A DNA stretch of 64,000 bases from Octopus vulgaris (taxonomy: Eukaryota), in NCBI GenBank assembly GCA_951406725.2, contig OX597815.1, positions 209,436,001 to 209,500,000 of the forward strand, read 5' to 3'. Below are positions 38,620 through 52,185 of this stretch, piece by piece (positions within the stretch are counted from its first letter, which is position 1; each line of letters opens with the position of its first letter). The position numbers were made by a program, and so were the translations under genes. The notes below the pieces were generated by a model. That model saw only the letters and a list, made by a program, of their open reading frames with translations, had not been told where the DNA came from and did no database searches.

Positions 38620-39075
38620 AATTCTCTTGGAAAACCTGAATATGACACTACACATAGTGGCTTCAAAGATAAATTAATATATAATTCCTCTAATAATCAT
38701 CAAAATATAAATAATAGATCTAGTAGCATCAAAGATAAAGTAATACATAAAAGTAGCAATACAACACAGTATCAAACGGAGCATCTTAGAAAGATCCAGA
38801 CCATATATCAATAGGTTTAAAAGGTGCAAGCTTTGTATAGTTGAAAGAACACACACATTTATAAGATCAAAGGACAGCATCGACTTAAAAAACCCGTGAT
38901 GAGAAACTTTTACAAAATGTATGCATCTCCACAAGTTTTTGACATCGAACTGGAAGAATTATTTCCTCGCGGTGAAGGCATGTCCTTCGAGCCTGAAAGA
39001 TTGCCGAATCGTGTACGGTGCGCTGTACAAGTCACACGGTGTAATAATTGACATTGATTGACTATTTTTTATGTA
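38620..39075 (+). mobile_element. Penelope-like element 3' ORF end (GIY-YIG C-terminal region)
   Basis: IKRSILERSRPYINRFKRCKLCIVER...TKCMHLHKFL matches the PLE pattern WSIL..PY...RC.LC..EK...KCRH..KF. Confidence 0.7.
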
Positions 39076-39422
39076 TTTTGATCTAACTATACTCTGTCTG
39101 TTTCTTGCTCTCTCTCTCTCTTCCTTGTATACACAACACACACAGACAAACAGATACAGATTCATATATGCAGAGACATAAACACACACATCGTCCACTC
39201 TCTCTATCTCATTCTTATTCTAGTAATTTTCAAACTGTAAATAATGGAATTGAAATATCACAAAGTTGATATTTCACGTATCAACATAATGCCTGTTAAT
39301 ATATAAATTCTTACGCCATTATTTTATTGGTGCAGATCAGCATTATAATAACAAAAACTTTCCGTGGAGTAATTCAATTTAAAATCGATGTAACAGAAAA
39401 AAATAAATAAATAAAGAAGCAT

Positions 39423-39660
39423 ATAGGCGTAGGAGTGGCTGTGTGGTAATAGGCGTAGGAGTGGCTGTGTGGTAATAGGCGTAGGAGTGGCTGTGTGGTA
39501 AGTAGCTTGTTTACCAACCACATGGTTCCGGGTTCAGTCCCACTGCGTGGCATCTTGGGCAAGTGTCTTCTACTATAGCCCTGGGCCGACCAAAGCCTTG
39601 TGAGTGGATTTGGTAGACGGGAACTGAAAGAAGCCTGTCGTATATATGTATATATATATG

Positions 39661-39695
<35 letters not shown>

Positions 39696-39900
39696 TTGTG
39701 TGTTTGTCCCCCTAGCATTGCTTGACAACCGATGCTGGTGTATTTATGTCCCCGTTACTTAGCGGTTCGGCAAAAGAGACCGATAGAATAAGTACTAGGC
39801 TTACAAAGAATAAGTCCCGGGGTCGATTTGCTCGACTAAAGGCGGTGCTCCAGCATGGCCGCAGTCAAATGACTGAAACATGTATAAGAGTATAAGAGTA
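39423..39900 (+). mobile_element. family A SINE with triplicated 26-bp 5' end
   Basis: ATAGGCGTAGGAGTGGCTGTGTGGTA x3 at 39423-39500, then the normal body. Confidence 0.9.
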
Positions 39901-42091
39901 ATACTGGGCAGGGTTTAATCTCTGGAGGAATTGGCTGCTACTTCTAACATACCGAGGCGACAGCATAGACGTTCTTTCTTGGCATAGGAAAAAAAAAACA
40001 GAATTAAATCATGCAGCTTTTCTTTTTAAACTGTTTTCTTTAAACGAATCCAGGAAAAAAGTCTCTGGATAAAAAGTTATAGACAAAATGTTGCCGAAAA
40101 GCTTCAATAAATAACTATTTAAAATTTTTTTCTTCTTCTGTTCCATTGAATTAAACGTGATTTTTGTCACATACGTGTATCGCTGTTAAATAAATCGTTG
40201 CCATTGTGTACAAGTCGTGTATTGCCAGTTAATAAATGACTTAAAACATTATTTGTTTAATTATTTTGACTATTATTCATAGTATCTAATGAAATGAAAC
40301 GTTTTGCCCTCAACATGTTTTAGCCAGAATTATACCTTTTTTTCTGTGACTTTAATTTTCAGTTTTATTTTTTTCGATCGCGCTTTAAATACATTAATTT
40401 CTAAACAAACTATTTTCAAATCATAACTTTATTTCAATGTGTAACAGAAATTTATTGTTCAAATATTAATTTTGCTTCCTTGCAGTTTTTATTCATATCT
40501 CACCGCTGTTAGTTATCGTTGGCTCACAAAAGAAATGTAAAAATCAAACTAAAGGTATTTAACTATTATTATTTGCTCCTCCATAGAGGGAAGTGAGCTG
40601 GTGGAACTGGTACTGCCAAATAACTTATTTTGTACTATTTCGTTTCGCTTGTTTTACTTCCTCAATTTCGAACCTAAAATGTCTAAGTTCGAAAACCCAA
40701 ACTGTTCGCGAATAACATTATTATTTACTATAACTCAGAACGTATTGACGGACGAAATACTGCTAACGATTTTGCCAGCCCACCGCGTTACTATAATTAG
40801 TTATATTGGTTCCAAATTTTGGCACAAGGCCAGCAATTTCGGGCGAGTGGGTAAATCAATTACATCGACCCCAAGTGCTCTACCGGTTCTTACTTTATCG
40901 ACTCTGAAAGGGATGAAAGGCAAAGTCGACCGCAGCGGAATTTGTACTCAGAACGTAAGGACGGACGAAATGCCGCTGTTTTACTATAACTGGTGACATT
41001 GACTACAGATTGCTGTAGATGACTAATAGCTCGATATATAGAAATATCTAGTCGTTCATAAGTGTCATCATTTTGTGATAATTGGTGATAAATAGATAGT
41101 CAAGTAGAAAATAAGTTTAATTTTCGAGTTTAAGGACCTCATGGAAGATTCAAGAATGTCTTGCTGCGATTATAAAAAAAAAACTTTGGAATTCGGTTCT
41201 TTCGAGCGATTCTTTCTTTTCGCTGTTGGAGGTCAATCATTTTGTAGGGATTCGAATCCTAACTGAACGATATTTAGTTAGCCATCACGAGTGAGCCACA
41301 ACAGTTCCATGTGATTGATCTATAATATGACCAATCAGCGTGAAGCTGCGGCGTGATATGGCTCCTCGGATAATCTAAAATTCGCCTTATTTTCCCCCTA
41401 TAGAAACCGTTTGACGCCTAGCTCAGCCAGACGGCCTCGACAGATCACTAAGACCAGATGGCCCTGAGCATTCGCATAACCCCCCTTGGGCACTCACAGA
41501 GGGCAGACCACCAAGACTAGGTCACCTCGGGCACCATGATATATCAACTCCTTCAAGAAACAACATCAGCACTCACACACGCGGTACTACAACCTGCTTT
41601 CTACAAAACGCAGTGTGGTTCTCTCCTCCGAGTCGGTGGTTATATCATCATTCTTTTAGAGCATCATTCTTTTCCAAACAGCCAACGCAGTAAATTATGT
41701 CCAGCAATAAGTATTTTAAAAGTTCGCAAGCTACTTTATTTATTATGCACGCAGCCAGCTAGGCTACACGACGATGGTCTTCAGCAATATAACATCATAC
41801 ACATACAACATCACAACCCCACGACTATGGTAACCAATCCCTACTCACGACAGTTTCAAGACCCATCTCTAATAAGATACTTTTCTTCTCTCAACCTTCT
41901 CTCCAAGTAATTATTTCTGTTTTAAACGTTAACTATGTTCTAATTTAAACGAAACAGCAGCTCTTCTCTTTCGACAAATCATTACATCATAATTCATACA
42001 CATTATTTAACAAACTGTACTTTATGCATATTAAAATTGTTTATTGATAAACAAGGTTAAAGATAATTATTTCTCTTGTTAATTATTCTTC

Positions 42092-42309
42092 TATTCTTTT
42101 ATTCTTTTACTTGTTTCAGTCATTTGACTGCGGCAATGCTGGAGCACCACCTTTAGTCGAGCAAATCGACACCAGGACTTATTCTTTGTAAGCCTACTAC
42201 TTATTCTATCGGTCTCTTTTTGCCGAACCGCTAAGTTACGGGGACGTAAACACACCAGCATCGGTTGTGAAGCGATGTTGGAGGGACAAGCACCGACACA
42301 CAAACATAT

Positions 42310-42361
<52 letters not shown>

Positions 42362-42520
42362 GACTGGCTTCTTTCAGTTTCTCTACCAAATCCACTCACA
42401 AGGCTTTGGTCGGCCCGAAGCTATAGCAGAAGACACTTGCCCAAGGCTCCAGGCAGTGGGACTGAACCCGGAACCATGTGGTTGGTAAGCAAGCTACTTA
42501 CCACGCACCCATTCCTGAGC
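42092..42520 (-). mobile_element. family A SINE
   Basis: Reverse complement of family A consensus. Confidence 0.85.
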
Positions 42521-43417
42521 CTATTATTCAATATTTTAGCATAACATAGCTACAGTATCCTCATTACCGTTCCTTTTACAGCTAATGTTGTGGATGGTGT
42601 TTAACTCCGGATCCACTTTTAATAAGCAGACATATAATTATAAAATTATCGGACTCGAAGGCCCTATCTTTTATTTGGACATCGTCAGGGCTAGCAAGAA
42701 GGCATTCGGCACTGTAGGCCCTGTAATGAGGGTCACTTTTTGTCAGTTCCGCATTGTGCATTTCTTCTTGTAAGTAGTAGGCTTACAAAGAATAAGTCCT
42801 GGGGTCGAATTTTCTAAAGCTTCATCTAGCCACCATCCTCTTTACACCAGTTGAAAAATGCAGTCGAAAAATTAAAAAATTAATTTTCGAACAAAATTTC
42901 TATAATTTTACGATTAAGTAAATCAGCAAATAAATCTGTTATGTGACAAAATTTGAAATGTTTCACGCCAAAATATATGACAATTCATGGCTCTCGCCCT
43001 TCTTCCCACTTTCACCTTCTTGTTGTTCCACCGTGATATTGGTCTCGCATACTCTATTTTTCTGTTTTCGCGTTGGTTGGCTACTTCAACATATTTCATC
43101 TACGTCGTTCACAATTCATATAACTATCACGTAGTTATAGAGTTAGAAAAATATTGTAACTCCAGTTATGTAAAAATAATTTGTCAGTTGTCGAGTTGTT
43201 TAATATCATCATTGACAAGAAACATTTTCAGTTCGATATTGTAGATTTTTGCGGTTGTTGCGTTATGATGTTCAACTTGAACTTCTGTTGGTTGGCTCTT
43301 AAATTAAAGGATCATAAAGGGCAAATCAACTGACGCCCAAATTTAACATCAGTCAGTTGGTTGACCCTTTAATGAATGCAGTTTTAAATGCCTCGCTTTT
43401 ATTATTTAGTTAGTGTA

Positions 43418-43795
43418 AGGCGGCAAGCTGGCCGAATAGTTAATACGTGGGGCAAAATGCTTCGTCTGCCGTTACGTTCTGAGTTCAAAGTCCGCCGAGG
43501 TCGACTTTGCCTTTCATCCTTTCGGGGTCGATTAAATAAGTACCAGTTACGCACTGGTCGACTTAATCCGTTTGTCTGTCCTTGTTTGTCCCCTCTGTGT
43601 TTAGCCCCTTGTGGGTAGTAAAGAAATAGGTATTTCGTTCGTCTTTACGTTCTGAGTTCAAATTCCGCCGAGGTCGACTTTGCCTTTCATCCTTTCGGGG
43701 CGATAAATTAAGTGCCAGTTGAGCACTGGTGTCAATGTAATCGACTAGTCTACTACCCCCAAATTTCCGGCCTTGTGCCTATAGTAGAAAGGGTT
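43418..43795 (+). mobile_element. family M SINE, dimeric
   Basis: Same AAAGAAATAGGTATTTCG junction at ~43620-43637. Confidence 0.8.
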
Positions 43796-44449
43796 ATTTA
43801 GCTAGTGTATGTGTGTATGTGTGGGGGGTAACACAGAATCACCGTTTCGTCAGAGGATCGCTAATATTCCTCGTAGGAAGGAAGAAAATTATCCTCATTC
43901 TGGAAACTTGACCCGAATGCTAACAATGGATTTCGATGAATTCAGGCTAGTGCTCAAGGACATGAATGGACGGCCAAACCGACGAGTTACCAAATTTCTT
44001 AGGTCCTGTCTACGAAATTTCACTTATATAACTTTTGCCGATTAGGAGTAATGGAAGAAGGCGCTTGTGAAAGGTAGATCGCGTTAGGTCGAACTCGGTG
44101 AGCTTTTTAACATCACAGCAAACTTCTTAACACCATCTATCTCATAACTTTATTTAATAATGTTAAATCATTTTTTATAAACAATTTTGTATATCATCAT
44201 TTGCACGATCATTTTTATTTTCTCACACACTAAAAAAATTACTCAGGTGATAGTATTTCCGATTTCTGAGGTTCGTTCAAGCTTTTTTTTCTAACTTCCT
44301 TCACAGAACAATATCTGTGCAGTAAAAGTCGTTCTCTATATATACACTCACTCATGTACAGGCATATATGTATATATACGTGTAAATGAATCTCTCTCTC
44401 TCTCTCTTTCAATCTATATACGTCTGTCTGTCTGTATGTATGTATGTAT

Positions 44450-44665
44450 ACTCTTTTACTCTTTTACTTGTTTCAGTCATTTGACTGTGGCCATGCTGGA
44501 GCACCGCCTTTAAGTTGAGCAAATCGACCCCAGGACTTATTCTTTGTAAGCCTAGTACTTATTCTATCCGTCTCTTAGGCCGAACCGCTAAGTTACGGGG
44601 GACGCAAACACACCAGCATCGGTTGTCAAGCGGCGATGTTGGGGGGGGGACAAACACAGACACAA

Positions 44666-44718
<53 letters not shown>

Positions 44719-44765
44719 CGACGGGCTTCTTTCAGTTTCAGTCTATCAAATCTACCCACAAGGCT
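44450..44765 (-). mobile_element. family A SINE, 5'-truncated
   Basis: Matches the 3' two-thirds of the family A consensus. Confidence 0.8.
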
Positions 44766-44937
44766 TCGGTTATGATGAAATTGTTTTGAAAATTTCATTG
44801 ATATTGTTCCCGACTGTCATGTTAGTTTTCTCGTAGACAAAGCTATCTCTCACATCTAGCTTACAAAATCATATAACTCTTTTTGAATAATAATTATAAT
44901 AATAATAATAATAAGAAGAAGAAGAAGAAGAAGAAGA

Positions 44938-45308
44938 AGATATAAAGACCTACTCATTGAAATTGAGAAAATGTGGCATCTCAAGGCGGTTACAATACCA
45001 GTGATCGTAGGAGCACTAGGAATGATCAAGAAGGGAACCGAAAATTATATGAGAATGATCCCTGGCTTACCATCCCTGCAAGAAGTGCAAAAGATTGTCT
45101 TAACTGGTACATCACACGTATTGAGAAGAGCATTGTCGATGTGAGAACTGTTGCTGCTCATGTATTTTAATTTAAAAAAAAAAAAAAATGAACGAACTAT
45201 TGAGTTTGGCTTAATGGCCTACCAATGTATACTATGAGTTTCTTTGCCCTAGGAGTCGGGAAGACACTCGGCAAGAAATGGAAGCAAATTTGAAAGAAGA
45301 AAAAAAAA

Positions 45309-45310
<2 letters not shown>
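44938..45310 (+). mobile_element. Dong/R4 non-LTR 3' end in (TAA)n
   Basis: YKDLLIEIEKMWHLKAVTIPVIVGALGMIKKG...LTGTSHVLRRALSM*, then 3'UTR and (AAT)n. Confidence 0.85.
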
Positions 45311-45365
<55 letters not shown>

Positions 45366-46537
45366 TTTCTATGCTTGAAGAACTCTATGTGAGTGTTAAA
45401 AAAAATCTAAAATATGAAATCGTTTCTAGATGTATTCTTTTCAACAAACCTAAACTGTCACAAAAAATTATTGATGACTAAAGACTTTAGAAGAGCTTGC
45501 AATGGACTGTAACTTCAAAGATGTTTCAGAAAGATAAAATAGAGAAACGTATTAGGAATAGCTTTATCAAATGGTAAGTCATCATTCGACGTAAGAAAAC
45601 GTTCATTAGCGAATATATCTCATTAGGTTTGTCTTTCTATGAACACTGATCAGGCAAAATCTTTGAAAACGGGTGCAAGAGACTATGCTAGAAGAATTCA
45701 GTATAGTCTTCTGTTAAGGCTGTCATGTCAAGTAAAGTAGAAGTTGATTAGTTAACTAATTAAGGACATTGAACTATTTCAAGAGATTATTAGAGATTCG
45801 GTAAGAACAATATGATGTAATATAAATATAACAAAAAAAAAAAGAGAATTGGAAAAAAAAGTCCTTATTCTCCTACTTACCTCTGTTATCAACTTGCATA
45901 AGAGAGTCTTTACACAATCTCTTGACCTGATAGAAATATCAGCCAAATGTTAATCAAACTTCGCTCTACTGGTTCAAGAAAACAAAGGACGTTTTTAATG
46001 ATGTTATCTTAGGTAAAGCATGCCCAAAACAAAATATAGACGATAGGCGGCGGACTCAAGGAAGGGGTGGAGTTAGGGGTACCTTTCTAAATAATGTTAT
46101 TACGTCCTTTTCACCTGGAATTGTATTCCATTCTGACCTTGTGCCCTCCCTTCGGAAAATTCATGGAACCGCGCCTGGACGGGATAGAAAAATGAATGAA
46201 ATGCGAAATAATGAACGCTTCTAACAACGCAGAAAGTTTACACAGATAAGCTAAATACCGTTTTTATGTTGTTGACATAGCAACCGAACAGCAAAGTTAA
46301 GTAGAATCTGACAATGGATAGCAAAATCAAGAAGTGGAGTTTCACACTGTGATCATTTCGATAGCTGTGCTGTTTTACTAACAAACTCGTTTAAATCACC
46401 AGGTTTCAACCAACGGCATATAAAATCCTTAAAATCCTTAAAAATGTTTTAGCCCGAAGGCCGCGGCCATGCTGGGGCACCACCGCTGTAGATGCTTTAA
46501 AAATTATACTTTTCCTTTTTTGCTTACATTCGTCTAC

Positions 46538-47102
46538 ATGTATGTATGTATGTATGTATGTATGTATGTATGTATGTATGTATGTATGTATGTATGTATG
46601 TATGTATGTATGTATGCATGTATGTATGTATGTGTGTGTGTGTATGTATGTATGTATGTATGTATGTGTGTGTGTATGTATGTATGTATGCATGCATGCA
46701 TGCATGTATGTATGTATGTATGTATGTTTGTATGTATGTATGTATGTATGTATGTTGTGTGTGTGTATGTATGTATGTATGTATGTATGTATGTGTGTGT
46801 GTATGTATGTATGTATGCATGCATGCATGCATGTATGTATGTATGTATGTATGTTTGTATGTATGTATGTATGTATGTATGTATGTTGTGTGTGTGTATG
46901 TATGTATGTATGTATGTATGTGTGTGTGTGTGTGAATGTGTGTGTGTGTGTCTGTGTATTCTCATCCAAGGTGGATGTATTTTCATGCATAATGGAGACG
47001 AGTACCAGCGTTCCATATGGCAGGCTTGATAACTGCCGAAAAACAACGGTAGCCTTGTTAACTCACATATAAGAAATACTTATCCACTGTTCGGTATTGG
47101 CT

Positions 47103-47134
<32 letters not shown>

Positions 47135-47538
47135 TGTATGTATGTATGTATGTATGTATGTATGTATGTATGTATGTATGTATGTATGAACGTATGTATG
47201 TATGTATGTATGTATGTATGTATGTATGTATGTATGTATGTATGTATGTATGTATGTATGTATGTATGTATGTATGTATGTATGTATGTATGTATGTATG
47301 TATGTATATATGTATGTGTATGTATGTATGTATGCATGTATGTATGTATGTATGTATGTATGTATGTATGTGTATGTGTGTATGTGTATGCATGTATGTA
47401 CACATAAATGTATGTATGCATGCATGTATTTATGTATGTCTGCATCCATGCATGTATATTTATATGTATGTATGCATGCATGCTTGTATGTATACATGTA
47501 TGTGTGTATGTGTGTATGTATGTATGTATGTATGTATG

Positions 47539-47572
<34 letters not shown>

Positions 47573-48030
47573 TATATGTATGTATGCATGCATGTATGTA
47601 TGTATGTATGTATGTATGTAAGTATGTATGTATATATGTATGTATGCATGCATGCATGTATGTATGTATGTATGTATGCATGTATGTTTGTATGTATGAA
47701 CGTATGTATGTATGTATGTATGTATGAACGTATGTATGTATGTATATATGTATGTGTATGTATGTATGTATGTATGTATGTATGAACGTATGTATGAACG
47801 TTTGTATGTATGTATATATGTATGTGTATGTATGTATGCATGTATGTATGTATGCATGCATGTATGTATGTGTATGTGTGTATGTGTATGCATGTATGCA
47901 CACATAAATGTATGTATGCATGCATGTATGCATGTATGTCTGCATCCATGCATGTATATTTATATGTATGTATGCATGCATGCATGTATGTATACATGTA
48001 TGTGTGTATGTGTGTATGTATGTATGTATG

Positions 48031-48064
<34 letters not shown>

Positions 48065-48120
48065 TGTATGTATGTATGTATGTATGTATATATATATGTG
48101 TGTATGCATGCGTGTATGTA
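46538..48120. repeat. (TATG)n microsatellite fields with higher-order duplications
   Basis: Directly visible. Source of the MYVC/HTYI ORFs. A similar field lies at 52852-53320. Confidence 0.95.
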
Positions 48121-50193
48121 TTTCGAATTAAAGAAGCATCTGTCGTACGTACATTATGTGTGCGTTGTGTTCAAACGCCAATCTGCTATGCAGTAGCGTT
48201 CTGGGAGAGCTCCATACACAGTACCGAGTGCTAAAGAACAGAGAATGTCTGAGAACAAGTGAGGCATCTCGCTTCATGGTGACTGAGAATGATAGATATC
48301 GATATTTCGCTATAATTTCGGCTCCTCAGTATTGGGCACTCAATACATGTCAAAACTGAATAAATCAGAGGTCTGGGCCATATCTGTAAATAGTGTCAAG
48401 TCTATTTGCTGATTTGCCGTGCTGTAGCACCTATGAAACAAAATTAAATTTCGAAATCTATCATTCTCGTTGACTCTGAGGCAAGTTATCGCGCCTGGAC
48501 AGTTTTCTTTAAAATTCGGTGTCATATAAAGAGCTTTCTCAGAACATTATCCCGCAGAAAATTGGCGTACGAACAAAACACACTATGTACCTGCGATCGA
48601 TAATGTTTCAGCATTGAAAATTACATCCTCTGAAAGTAATGTGGTGAAAATTTGAAATACTTCAAGTGGTTGGGTGAAATTTAGCAAGATCCCATAAAGA
48701 CCGAGAGTGTTTCCTTGTTGGATGCGGGATAATTACATCACCTCACATTTAGGAGCTTCTATTTCAAATATATAAGTATTGTATTTAACATCAACGAGAA
48801 AAAACATTCATAGACATGTGTTCGAAAACCTACAACTTCTCTGTTCAGGTTATAAATTTACATTTGTACCTTTAATGACCGACGTACTTGGTTATTTAAA
48901 TGTTTATGTTAAAATCTCGAAAAGTCTTTTCAGGCAAAGAAAGAATTGTTAAATATATATTCCACAAAGCCAATTAGTAAGAAGGTCAGTCGAAATATGT
49001 AAACTTTTCTAACCTTTAGTACATAACACCATGGTGTGGGGTTTAAACTCCAATGACGATTCCTCTGGTCTAGAAACCAAAGTCTTCATAATAGGAATTT
49101 TAAAAAATAAATTAAAAAGCAATGAGAATACATACATGAGCATAGTAGTTCTTTGAGCATAGAAGTTCTTGTCTACGGAGGTTACTAATTAAGTTTTTAA
49201 TTGCTAGCATCTCTGATATTAATTCCAATAATATCAGTCTTGTTAAATAGCTGGTTAGTCTCTTGATCACACAGTTTGAACAAACATTTTATCCACTATT
49301 TGTTTCAAACTTGGATTTTCTATTCTGAAATGGTAATCACTAAAACCTTAACGGATTATCTTCTACGCCGAAAAAACACCAATGTACAAGACAGAAAAAA
49401 ACATTTTTCACAGTTATCAATTAAGTCGAATGGAAATATTTCCCCGAGAGATAAATTTAATGTTTGAGGAACTCAACAAGATCACAATTATAGATAATGC
49501 AGTACATATACCTCAAACAATTACACAACTGAAATAACTATCAGGATAAAAAATTTGAGAAAGCATCAAGCACAAAATCCAATCCCATATACATAACCAA
49601 ATTAAATAAGAGTTAACAAATAATATTAACGGAACAGTAGAAAGCTGCAATGATTTGTATCTTCAAAAACATGTTATAAAACGTTACGTGTAAAAATATA
49701 CAGCAGCAAGTCACACCTCATTACATGTTGCAATAACAACGTCACGCTACATAACCATAATCCAGCAGCAGCAGGCAAATTCCCTCATCAAATACTTTAT
49801 CGAGAAACCAAAAGAATACAGAAATATAAAGCGCAGATACGCACCTTTGAGACTTTATCATGGGCTTTAGTTTTTCCTAGAGTATTAAAAAAAAATGGAT
49901 GAGGTAAATCCCAAATCCCAGAAGTCGGAAAATACGCAGAGAATGTATAAAGTGTTATCCTCATCGAAATCTTCAGTTTGTCATACAACTCCCCACAAGA
50001 GAAAACAAATCAAAAAATGACAATAAAACCCTATCAAACTGGAAATAATAACATTAATGGTGAAACTTAAAAGCTCAACTGGAACGCCATTACAGGGAAT
50101 CCATCCTTCTCTGACACACAAACTGAACACTCCAAGGATGACTTGTATATTGTAAATCATTGCCAACATTGTGGACTTTCATTATTAATAATC

Positions 50194-50580
50194 AGGCGCA
50201 GGAGTGGCTGTGTGGTAAGTAGCTTGTCTACCAACCACATGGTTCCGGGTTCAGTCCCACTGCGTGGCACCCTGGGCAAGTGTCTTCTACTATAGCCTCG
50301 GGCCAACCAAAGCCTTGTGAGTGGATTTGGTAGACGGAAACTGAAAGAAGCCCGTCGTATATATGTATATGTATATATATATGCGTGTGTGTGTTTGTGT
50401 GTCTGTGTTTGTCTCCTAGCATTGCTTGACAACCGATGCTGGTGTGTTTATGTCCCCGTTACTTAGCGGTTCGGCAAAAGAGACCGATAGAATAAGTCCC
50501 GGGGTCGAGTTGTCGATTAAAAGGCGGTGCTCCAGCATGGCTACAGTCAAATGACTGAAACAAGTAAAAGAGTAAAATAA
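50194..50580 (+). mobile_element. family A SINE
   Basis: Matches family A consensus with a small internal deletion. Confidence 0.85.
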
Positions 50581-51426
50581 AGTCTACAGAACAGCCAGAG
50601 TTTTAGGAGCAAATCATTGTTCTCTTACAAATTGAATTAGGAATTATTTTTCAATTGTTTCTATTATCATTGCTGTGAGTGTTGTAATAGTCTGTGGAAA
50701 CTGTATTATGTGAACGACCAGCATTTACTATTAGCAAGGGTTGAGACTGCTCCTGATGGAAGCTGGTTTGTTGTCACACATAATGTCATAATCATTATTT
50801 GACTCGGATATGTTATTTATCTTCGCCTTCGAAATAATCATACTATTTGTTTACAGGTTTTATATTTGGGAATAACATCGCACTCAGCAACTCTATGCTG
50901 CGTTCGACAAACATTGCTCGTTGATGCAAATATCTTATTTTGAAATAATTCAGTTATGTATGAAGTTCATACTATCTGACTGGATGCTAGACGAGAGCTC
51001 AGCCATTTATATAAACTAGATGGAAATAGCTAATTGCTATCAGAAATGTCTGAATCAATTCTGATTATTGACCACCTTTAACTAAACCGAAACCAAGGAG
51101 ACATATGCTTTAAATCGGTTAAGATAATATTTGAATGTCGCATGGAGCAAATAAGCATATATGAAGCAGATAATATCATGAGTTTGGAAAAGTAGTTTTC
51201 GAAAAGTATTTCAGAATTAAAGATCACGAATATACGCCAAAAGATACTGGACAGATTTATCTCCATAAAAATATCTTGGAGAAAAAGTTCCTATTTATCA
51301 GAAAAATAAAATGTATGGTTATGTTGCCAGAAAACGTCAAAGTAACAACTACGTGCTCAAATAGCAACACTGTGTTATAAACGAGAGAGTGATGTCGGAA
51401 TGTGTAGTATGATGATTAGTTAGACG

Positions 51427-52185
51427 GCAGTGTGGCATATCTGGAATATCAGCCGTATCTAGTTGTTTAGTCGACTACTTACATGCCATAAGTCTACTAT
51501 GTTAAGACAACCAGAACAATCTTTTCTAGACTTGTGACAACTCTTTTCATAATGCTTACAAATTTTCAATCTTGAAGGAGGAGTAATAATAAATAAATAA
51601 TAAATGCGCCCTTTTAAAACTTAGCTAGGCTCATGGACCCGGTTTCCCGGTTTCAATGTCGTATGTGTTCCCCAGCTGGACGGGACGCCAGTCCATCACA
51701 GCGTTACTCATTTTTGCCAGCTGAGTGGACTGGAGCAACGTGAAATGAAGTGTTTTGCTCAAGAACACAACACGTTACCCGGTCCTGGAATCAAAACCAC
51801 AATCTTGCAGTGTGGCATATCTGGAATATCAGCCGTATCTAGTTGTTTAGTCGACTACTTACATGCCATAAGTCTACTATGTTAAGACAACCAGAACAAT
51901 CTTTTCTAGACTTGTGACAACTCTTTTCATAATGCTTACAAATTTTCAATCTTGAAGGAGGAGTAATAATAAATAAATAATAAATGCGCCCTTTTAAAAC
52001 TTAGCTAGGCTCATGGACCCGGTTTCCCGGTTTCAATGTCGTATGTGTTCCCCAGCTGGACGGGACGCCAGTCCATCACAGCGTTACTCATTTTTGCCAG
52101 CTGAGTGGACTGGAGCAACGTGAAATGAAGTGTTTTGCTCAAGAACACAACACGTTGCCCGGTCCTGGAATCAAAACCACAATCT
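51427..52185. repeat. 380-bp near-identical tandem duplication including a minus-strand family C SINE
   Basis: 51427-51806 repeats at 51807-52185; I saw one substitution. Confidence 0.9.

Noticed and set aside
38985-39050. Hammerhead downstream of the Penelope ORF remnant
   Set aside because: CCTGAAAGA and a possible stem II are present, but the GAAA and stem III half is not recognisable.
41250-41910. Promoter or first exon (CCAAT box, GC-richer island, 124-aa ORF)
   Set aside because: No recognisable motif and no in-frame splice to the 30-kb exon could be built; unsupported without expression data.
15602-50432. Recurring ORFs 'IYDGLLSVSVYQIHSQGFGRP...' and 'RLPNPLTRLWSAR...' as a gene family
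   Set aside because: They are antisense translations of family A SINE copies.
48560-50900. Minus-strand LDLa/LRR GPCR (GRL101-like) remnant (IDRRYIV, IPKYKTC..YDYFEGED)
   Set aside because: Only a few isolated matches. The plus strand gives many more colinear LRR/Toll motifs over the same bases.
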